DNA of 64,000 bases from Tubulanus polymorphus (lineage: Eukaryota > Animalia > Nemertea): NCBI RefSeq assembly GCF_964204645.1, contig NC_134028.1, forward strand, positions 5,146,001 to 5,210,000, written 5' to 3'. The position numbers and the translations under genes were made by a program. The first letter of the stretch is position 1; each line of letters opens with the position of its first letter. The notes beneath the pieces are model-generated. The model saw nothing but the letters and a program-made list of their open reading frames with translations, ran no database searches and was not told where the DNA came from. Of this stretch, positions 49,157 through 64,000 are shown one piece after another.

Positions 49157-52100
49157 TCAATCGTACACTATAACCCGTTTGGCTGCTTTTAACGTATTCT
49201 TCATGAGCATAGCGACAGTCATCGGTCCTACACCTCCTGGTACTGGAGTTATATAACTCGCTTTTTCCGATACACCTACAAAATATAAACATTCAGAAAT
49301 GAACAGGGTTCATAGTTGTAAGGTTGATACAAAAGTAAGCACTTTTTTTTGTAAAGCACTTTTAAGCACATTTTTAAGGCTAAAGTGAAACTTTTCATTT
49401 AAGACTGCAGCAATCGTCCTAATCAACAACATTAATCGACCAAATCAATAATCAGGGATACCAAAAGTAAGCACTTTGTTTCAAAAGTAGTCACTTTTAA
49501 AGCACTTAGGAGACGTGCTATGAAACAAGGTGAAGAAACCAGGAACTTTCCATATACTGAATATATAGTTATGTTCCCCACCAATTCTTCCAAACTCACC
49601 TTCAAAATCAACATCGCCGACTAGTTTATATTTTCCGGTTTGCTCGTCTTTGATTCGATTGATTCCGACATCGATTACGGCGACGCCTTCTTTCACCATA
49701 TCGCCGGTAATCAGTCCCGGAATACCGGTAGCAACGACTAGAATATCGGCCATTTTTACGAACGCTCGTAACTGATCTGGCGGTGTGTATCTGTGACATA
49801 TAGTTGTCGTAGCATCGCCTACAACACAGTTAAACTAAAGTAAATTTGATAATTCATAATTCCTGAAATATCGCTTGAACTGAAAATGTAGTTACAGATC
49901 GACCATGAATTTCAAATTCGAGAGATATTTGAGGGGCTTTGAGGTTATCACCGTTGAAATTCGAGGGACGTTTAAGATCAACAATGAATATAAAGGGACT
50001 GTTTCTAAACTGCTGGATAAATACGAAGGCGGATCGTTGATTTTTTGAAGGGGTCTCGAAAAAGTTTGAAAATTCAGGGTAAGGCTTTGTGCTCCTATCC
50101 AAGGTCTATTTGGAATTATTATGCGTTCGGTTTTTTTCTTTGCAACAGTCGCGAACAAACTAAGTATAATATCATACAAAATACCATACCGGCATCAGTC
50201 TCTCCAACACCGTCACCATGCAGTAATATAGCTAGTGGCATGCCTACGTTTTTTGATCGTCCGCAAACAACGGCATTTTTACCAAACGTTTCAATACCTG
50301 AAACAAACATATTATGTAATATAGAAATTTAGAAAATGTAACTGCTACAAGTGGAGACACTTCCACCGTTTGACAAATGTCAGTCTTTCACCAAAATACT
50401 GACTCAAGTGGGTTCAAAACAAGAAATAGAGCGAATTATTTTCCATGGGGTTCGTTCGCTACTTACCAGATCGACGGATCAGTTCCATTACGCCAGCAGG
50501 GGTGGCGGGTAACAAGGCGTCGAGATCCGTACAAAATCTACCGACGTTCATTAAATGAAAGCCATCGACGTCTTTACTGGGACAAACAGCGTTACAGACG
50601 GCTCTCTCATTGATGTGACGCGGAACGGGAAGTTGTACTAATAATCCATCGACATCGGGGTTTGAGTTGAAATCGTTGATTCTGTGCAGTAGTTCTTTTT
50701 GACTGATCGTGTCTGGTAATCGAACCGTTTCACTGGATATGCCTGGAAAAAGAGTCCGTATATGAAAAATGTTGTCCTAGCATGTAAGACATCAAAATGG
50801 GCACCGAAGTTCTGGTAAGATATACTGGAACCAAACAGGACTAGGTCCTGAGGAGTTTTTCGAATATATTAAACATGAATACCAACTCTGCACTCAATGA
50901 TTGAAATGATGAAATCTTTTAAAAATGTTATCAAGATTAAAGAACTCAAAATTTTCAGATTTCAACCAAAAACCATATTCTAGGACTAACAAGGTGTTAA
51001 CTCATGTTTCGGACAAAATTTTTGAAGTCTTCTGATTATCTCATTGCGGGTATGACACACTTATACGCCAGGCTTTACACTTTTCAATGCTTTCTTTTTA
51101 CGGATCAAGCATTATTTACAGTCCACACTACTGACCATAGTCACACTAAGCCGCATAAGAATGGACTGGGTAGTAAAAATTCACATGAGCACCGGTCATT
51201 AACGCCCATTTATTTGACAAATTGTCGCTAATCTTCATAAGCACTTCTATTATCTACGGAATACCCGCTAGTCCAGTCAGCGGTATATCTCAATAATTAA
51301 TATGAAATAAAAATGAAGGCAAACGGTGACATAAATATATAAATATATAGACCTTTTTAAGTCAATCACAGGTGTATTCACAGTATTAATGACAAAATAA
51401 TTCTTAAGGCTTTTCCCTTTGCATTGGGCAATTCATGAGTTTGTTGCTGAATAAGTATATATTTTAACTCTTAGATTTAACCCAGCATATTAGTGCAGTG
51501 TAAATGAACAATTTTTGGATATCTGTCACAGAAAGGAATTACAATATTCAACATTGTATCTTTTTTTGTGAATTTCATTCATTACGGAGTGCCTACCTGT
51601 AAACTGACAAGCTTTGACTTTGTTACGGACGTAAGTGTGGCTGGCGGGATCATCACCGACTAGAATTACACTGAGATGCGGTCGTCTCTCTCCCGCAGCG
51701 ACCATCACATCGACTTCTTCTTTAACTTCGTGTTTTATTTGTTTCGCCACTGCCTTACCGTCAATTATTTGAGCTTTGAAACTGAAAAGAAAATCAAGCG
51801 GTACACGAGATAACGCTTTATATAGTCAGATTTAACTTTTCAGTGCATCTACATCGCATCAGGTGATGGACATTGCCAGTACACCGCATCGTGGTGCATC
51901 AATGTAATTAGTTTTCATCTGTATTGCAAAATGACAGCACCTGTCAAACACTGTGAAATAAGTGTTACTAGTGATGCACCGCACTGCAGTGCAACACATT
52001 GAGGTGGAATTCTTCGAAATTTTCTAACTTTATCCAGCACTTACGATACATAAAAACCACAATTTACAGATAAGACAAAAATAAATCACAAAATTTACAA

Positions 52101-54436
52101 TGCATGAAAAGAAATTATTTGTGGAGGTGGTTACCATCGAAAGGTATCTTCGTTTGAATTTTAATAAATTCGTAGAATTTTATAATAGATACCAAGCGGA
52201 GGATATGCTTTAACGAACAACAGTAATATAGAAAAGAAAAGAACACTCCCGTGAAGTTATACCAACAGGATCCAGCGGCGTTCAGACAATAGTGCGATAG
52301 ATATATTAATTAATTCTAATCTTCAGTCATAATTCGAGTATCGACCAGGGAGGTCTCGAATAATTTAATCAAATAGCAAAACTACTAAATACCTCATTCA
52401 CGCAAAATTTACGGTCCAGTTCTTACAAAATGATTAACTATAGATATTTATCTATTCAATGAACTTAAAGTTTTCGTTCATTGTAGTCAATTGAAACGAC
52501 GTAAAAGATTACTAGTCTGACAATTAATTAAGGGCTCTTCAATGTCTATAACCAACACAGACGTATTAACTTTGAATTAAAGTTAATCCGGTGTTTCAGG
52601 GGGCTTTAAAGCTGAACAGTTTTCATGCGAGTCACTTGAAAATAACCTTCAGTTCAATTCATAACTAATTCATTAAATGCAATCAAAATTTTAGAAATCG
52701 TGACATCATTAAGAATGACCCCTACAGACTGGCTAAATCAGATTTAATAGGGAAATAAGGAATCATTTTGGGGCTGCTAGATTTTATCAAAAATTCATAG
52801 TCTTTATGAATTTTTGATTTTATTCATAGCAAATGGGCCAGGAGTTATTCCTAATGAAAATTATTTCATTCTCAATGAAATTTGAACTGGATTTCTAGGT
52901 TTTCAAATTTGTACGTCAAACAAGTCACATCAATAGACTATCTTTCCTAAACAGTGTATGGTATAGATTTTCAAGTAAAAAATTGATAAACTAACTGGAA
53001 AAGTTGATTCGAATTTAATGTAGAAGAAATTGAAATCGAAGCGCAATAACCCAATTGTTACCACTCGCATACACCGCAGAATCCTTGGTTGTCAAAGTAA
53101 CAGTGCCAGTACCACATCCATTTCAATTGTGTTTTGTTGCAGAACCCATTAGAAAAAAGGACATTCTAAAGATTTTTGGAATCACAGCAATAGGCCCAAA
53201 TAAGATATTTTAGAATCAAGTTTGCCAATCTAAGTATTTTAAGGTTTTTAGGGATACTTGACAGCCTGAAGTAGTCTGTTTTTATTCATCGATAATATAT
53301 TCACTGGAATAATGCCCACTTTATGGAATGTGATGAGAATAGATAATAAATTGTAAACAAATTGAATCAGAAATGTCACATTTACTGCAAGCTAATGTAG
53401 GCTATTATTGTCTTATCAATATTCTAGTAAATGTCTGTATGAAGTTTTCTTTTTAAGATAAGCACTTTAGTCTTAGACTCAGCCATATAAATGCTTAAGA
53501 CAATCTTTATACAATTCCCAATCATTCATAAAACAGGTGTTTCGAAACAACACCTGTATGGTGGACAGGTGTTTCGGAAGTCCTAGTTGTAGAAGGAATG
53601 TCTTTTCTGACTTGATTAACACTACTACTCAGAACTAGGCCTGAGCCTATGGATGGTTGCCAGTCAACAATACAGAGTTTGTTGCAATCCCTTTAGCTGC
53701 TGAAATTTTTGGATGTGCCTTTGTCGCGAAGGCTTTTTTGTGTGTAGCCTATCTTTACACAGTATTCCTATGGGCCCTCTGACGAAACAGTATAATTTTT
53801 TTGTTACATTTTTCAAGGAATTTCAGCATTACTTCAATAGGCCTACTACTAAAATCAGTCATCTCAAAATATGCATCAGATAATATTCAATTTATTCTCA
53901 TCACTCAAAGATGAACACAGCTGGTTCTGTCTTCCATGGCTTGCGGTTGATAAGTGGTCAGAACTGCAGAGAGGTGGTGGCGTTCAGTCCTAGTGAAACC
54001 ATGCTATTGCTATTCTTGGTCAGGACTTGAGTCAGTGTTTATTTTCTAACAACAAATGTCTGAGTCACTAAGATTAAGAATCTTCAACATGAAGGAAAGG
54101 ATCTTTTAGTTAAGCGGGTCGTCACTGACATCTGGATCTGTTCAAATATGGGCCTGCCATTTTTTCCGATTCCTATTTTGGACACATAGTAACCTGGCTG
54201 CAGTTTAATTTCATGACTTTAGATCTAAATGATTTCAAAATGCTTAATTACGCTAAAAAAGAATAATGTACCGCTGAACGGAAACCCTACAGACTAGCCG
54301 TTAGCAAATAAATTGATGAAATAGGTTAGGCTTACCGTTTATTTGAACGCGATATTCGTCTCAAAGGGGTTCGTTGAAGGGTTTGCGAGCTAATCCGCAA
54401 CAACTTCAGCGATGACATGAGCGAATTGGATGACAT
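49157..54436 (-). CDS. MTHFD2: Mitochondrial bifunctional methylenetetrahydrofolate dehydrogenase/cyclohydrolase (MTHFD2/Nmdmc type), ~335 aa
   Basis: Exons 54436-54336, 51781-51597, 50742-50467, 50297-50190, 49818-49600 and 49275-49157, all GT-AG and in frame. Arg/Ser-rich acid-free presequence; motifs [69 protein letters not shown]. Confidence 0.95.
51836..52045. mobile_element. Second, 3'-truncated copy of the piggyBac-like MITE in MTHFD2 intron 1
   Basis: TTAA-CTTTTCAGTGC start; shared blocks GTGATGGACAT, CAGCACCTGTCA, TGTGAAATA, GGTGGAATT, TCCAGCACTTA. Confidence 0.6.
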
Positions 54437-55067
54437 AACTAGTATAACCGTACGGGGAACGCGTGTAAACTACGTGGCTGACAGCTTCGATCTGGCTGAA
54501 TGAAGTAAATCGAGCAGACCGCTCCGACTTATTCGACCGAGCAACGTCCACCGGCTACTGGCGCCACCTGTTCAAAGCGCAAGCTCAATTCAATTCAATT
54601 TCTTTGTATTCCTTAAAATACAATATAACATTGGTTATTGTACGATGAAATTAAAAAGTTTATATATATAGAAAATGATTGCAATAAATCAATACAGAGA
54701 ACGCAAATAACATAATAACAACACGCTCAAGTTTATTTCGCGAAAAGCTGAAATTACGTCATACGTAGGTTCCACGTCACATTTACACTCACAGAGGTTT
54801 GAAGACAAACGAACAATATATAAATTCAATCAAAAATATCAACAAGCATAAAAAATACATAAAATAGAAAAAAAAACTTTGCGCGTCACCAATTTTCAGC
54901 GCCATCTCGCGAGAATCACCCGCATCACGAATCAGCGGTCGGCCATATTGAAATCCGTGTAGAGAAAGAAACGAAAAAGGGGCTGAATTCTCGAACAATT
55001 TACTTCTAATAGACACGGAAGGAACGAAATTGAACACATCTCTGATCCACTATAAAATTAACTCACA
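54437..55067. promoter_or_regulatory. Bidirectional promoter region MTHFD2/U2AF2
   Basis: Divergent ATGs ~630 bp apart. Motifs: TCTCGCGAGA 54905-54914, TTTCGCGAAA ~54736, TTACGTCA 54754, CCACGTCA 54772, GGCGCCACCTG ~54560. Confidence 0.75.
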
Positions 55068-61448
<6,381 letters not shown>

Positions 61449-62352
61449 ACAACCGAACGTCGTTTATTGTTTTCCGTATGCATCGAAAGATTTGACCAGT
61501 CGTTAGGATCTACGCATTCCGTTTAGTGGCTCATACGACGACGATCGCTCGGTTGAAATATCGCGGGCATTGTTCTCTGTTTGACGGAGAGAAAAAAAAA
61601 CTTATTTGAAATAAAATGTGGTTTTGTAAAATAAGAGAATTGAAGAAAAGATGCCGTGTTTATCCTGCAAGATTTGTCGATTAATGACATTCTTGTTTCG
61701 TACAAGATTTAGAAGCATAGCGTGCTCTCCGTACGAGGATTTGTTTTAAATAATGGATCAATTACTGTAATCTCATTACACTCATTTTTCCCATATTAAT
61801 TACAATTATTGTCCGAATTGATCAGTGTTGTCTGTGTCTATATTGAATTTGGGACTGCCGTATTTTAACAATTCATTCAGTCTCTGAAAACATTTAAGTA
61901 CCTACATAAGTGTCATTTAGTTGAATTCATTTTCTGTGGATATTTTATATGAATTGGCTAGATGGTTTCAATATAATGGTTGATATCAATAAACTATTTT
62001 AATTGCAACACAATTTTCCTTCTCTGTATTGGTGGCTATTTTCAGCATGAATCAATAGTTTCGCCCGAGCTAGTCTATATTATAGCTTCTTGTATCCCAT
62101 GAGCATCTTGGCCATCTACTGACTTCCAAGGTCGCATAGATCAACAGAACAAGGAAAATGGAAGGCGGGATCTAAGTGGAAATATCTGATGAATCCCGAT
62201 TTCACTGTGGAAAGATGAAACTATAACTAAAGAATGTTCCCTCCACCTCCTTCAGTTCGACACTTCACCGGTCCCATGTTGTCTGATGAGGTGTTTGCAG
62301 TGACTGTCGTGGGAAGTAGTGCCATATTACAGCAGATTGATCGACTACCATA

Positions 62353-62650
62353 GGGACGACTGAAACATGGTTAGAGAAGTGAGCGAGTGGTTTGACTGGG
62401 AAGCCACGAAATGGGTTCGAATCCTGTACATTGCCATAGTGTCCACTTATCCTAGCCTATCTCTACCCAGAAGTGAATGGGTACCGGGTCTGAAGGATGA
62501 CTCCCAAGTGCCTAGCAGCTGCCCGGATGTTACTTCCAAGGGAGAGATCTGATAAATGGTTAAGTAGAGGTAATTATACATATCTAATTTAAAGCGCCGT
62601 TGAACATAGTATCACAGTGAAAATGGCACTATAGAAATTAAATTCCTATT
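62353..62650 (+). mobile_element. tRNA-derived SINE with central conserved block and L2-like tail
   Basis: B-box GGTTCGAATCC at 62414; central ACCCAGAAGTGAATGGGTACC; tail AAAGCGCCGTTGA...ATGGCACTATAGAAAT resembling L2-clade 3' ends. Confidence 0.65.
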
Positions 62651-62738
62651 TCTAAATGATTACACCAAAGCATGAATTCTAAGTAGAGCTCAAAAGGAAA
62701 ACAGACAAAAATACATCCTTAAAACTTAAAGTTTTACT

Positions 62739-62744
62739 TTTATT
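62739..62744 (-). terminator. Probable RSL1D1 polyadenylation signal
   Basis: AATAAA on the minus strand ~37 nt after the stop codon. Confidence 0.45.
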
Positions 62745-62780
62745 CATTCAATTGTTTTTACAATGTAACTTCATGGAGGC

Positions 62781-63860
62781 TCACACTTTAGCTTTCTTTG
62801 ACCCACGTTTTTGTGCTATGATATTTTTCTTTTTAGAAAATTTCTTCTGAGTCTTTTTATCAATGAGTTTCGAGTTCTTTTTCACGCCCTTTTTCGGTCT
62901 GATGGATTTCTTAGTCTTGGGAGTCGTTAATGCGACGGTTTTCTTAGATTTCTTCTGCACTCGTCCGCCAACCTTTCGAGGCTTATCCAAGGCTAAACCA
63001 TCTGGTTTCATCAACGGTTTCACTTGCGTCACAATCTTTTCCACGCCAGATTTATCCATGACTTTTGTCTGCTTTATGATGTCAATACGTCCGGACGGAT
63101 AAACTTTCACTTTTCCTCCCGTAATAGTCGTGACATCCTCTGCCTCAACCTCTTCTCTCGGTCGTTTTAACTTGTTCAAAACGATATCTGTAGGCTGAAC
63201 TACAAAATACACACAAGAAACTCCTATTGAAAGAATTGTTATTCTGGCTTATTCCAATTATTGATCGACTGGTATTGAGGTCCTACCTGCATTATAGTAA
63301 ACTGGTACCGAAGTCGAGTCAGTAGTCTTCAAATGCAGAGTTTTAATATTTACACCACCCCCGGGAATCTTCTCGCACAAACACTTGAACGCCGACAGTA
63401 CATTCTCAGTAATCTGTTCTTCCGTGTGTTTAGTATGGGCCACTTGTAACATGCTAAAAATATCATCGATCAACATATTCAATTCAAGTCATTCATATCT
63501 TCTGCTTCTTACTGTTACGATTAACTTACCACGTTGATCCTCTGCCACTAATGGTCAGAAGACCACTGCCAAGCGCTTCATCTATTTCCTTCTTCAAGTC
63601 TTTAGCTTTTAGATTGACGATTTTTGGGAATCTTGAAAGACACAAAGTTGACCGTTATAATGCAGCTATTCAGCATTACGCATAATTCATAGACGTAAAC
63701 AGCAGATTTACCTCTTTTTCGGGCAGAAAGTTTTGCCGATTCTCGCGTTGAGATGACGCACGATTCTGTCATCGGTTAGAAATAGATCATACATACTCAA
63801 CAGCCGTCTATGTGATTCAAACTCAGTGTATTCGGTCGATAATCCTTTCAACGGAATTAT
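62781..63860 (-). CDS. RSL1D1: Ribosomal L1 domain-containing protein 1, 3' part (5' exons outside window)
   Basis: Exons 63860-63712, 63631-63530, 63453-63287 and 63199-62781 join in frame: IIPLKGLSTEYTEFESHRRLLSMYDLFLTDDRI...IGKTFCPKKRFP...EEQITENV...NIKTLHLKTTDSTSVPVY, followed by a Lys-rich tail. Confidence 0.85.
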
Positions 63861-64000
63861 CTGAATAACAATTATACGAAACAAAGATGATTGATTTAAG
63901 ATTTAAACAGTTCTTTTGAATGCATTGATACGAAAGACATAAGCCTAAAAATATTGGATTATTCTGATAACTTTTAAAAAAATCCCTTTACAATATTGGT

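Noticed and set aside
62186-62247. Hammerhead ribozyme-like CTGATGA...GAAAC
   Set aside because: Stems I and III do not pair adjacent to the core. The similar motif at ~11989 lacks GAAA.

Overview
Eukaryotic (metazoan) genomic DNA, AT-rich, with GT-AG spliceosomal introns. Probably a bilaterian invertebrate; this is an inference and the species cannot be determined here. Positions ~1-41.8 kb are the 5' part of a Caskin-type ankyrin-repeat gene on the minus strand: three small coding exons separated by 22.8 kb and 12.0 kb introns. These introns hold MITEs, micro/minisatellites and candidate alternative or micro-exons. The remainder is a compact cluster: CANT1 (+, 3 coding exons, ~388 aa), mitochondrial MTHFD2 (-, 6 exons, ~335 aa), U2AF2/U2AF65 (+, 14 exons, ~494 aa) and the 3' end of RSL1D1 (-). 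The most striking unexplained signal is U2AF2 intron 9 (58434-60279). It contains a strand-specific multibranch RNA structure, a frameshifting cassette-exon candidate, ~10 decoy 3' splice sites in ~345 nt and a second hairpin over a decoy donor, together suggesting a U2AF autoregulatory module. All exon models were assembled by eye, with no database searches.
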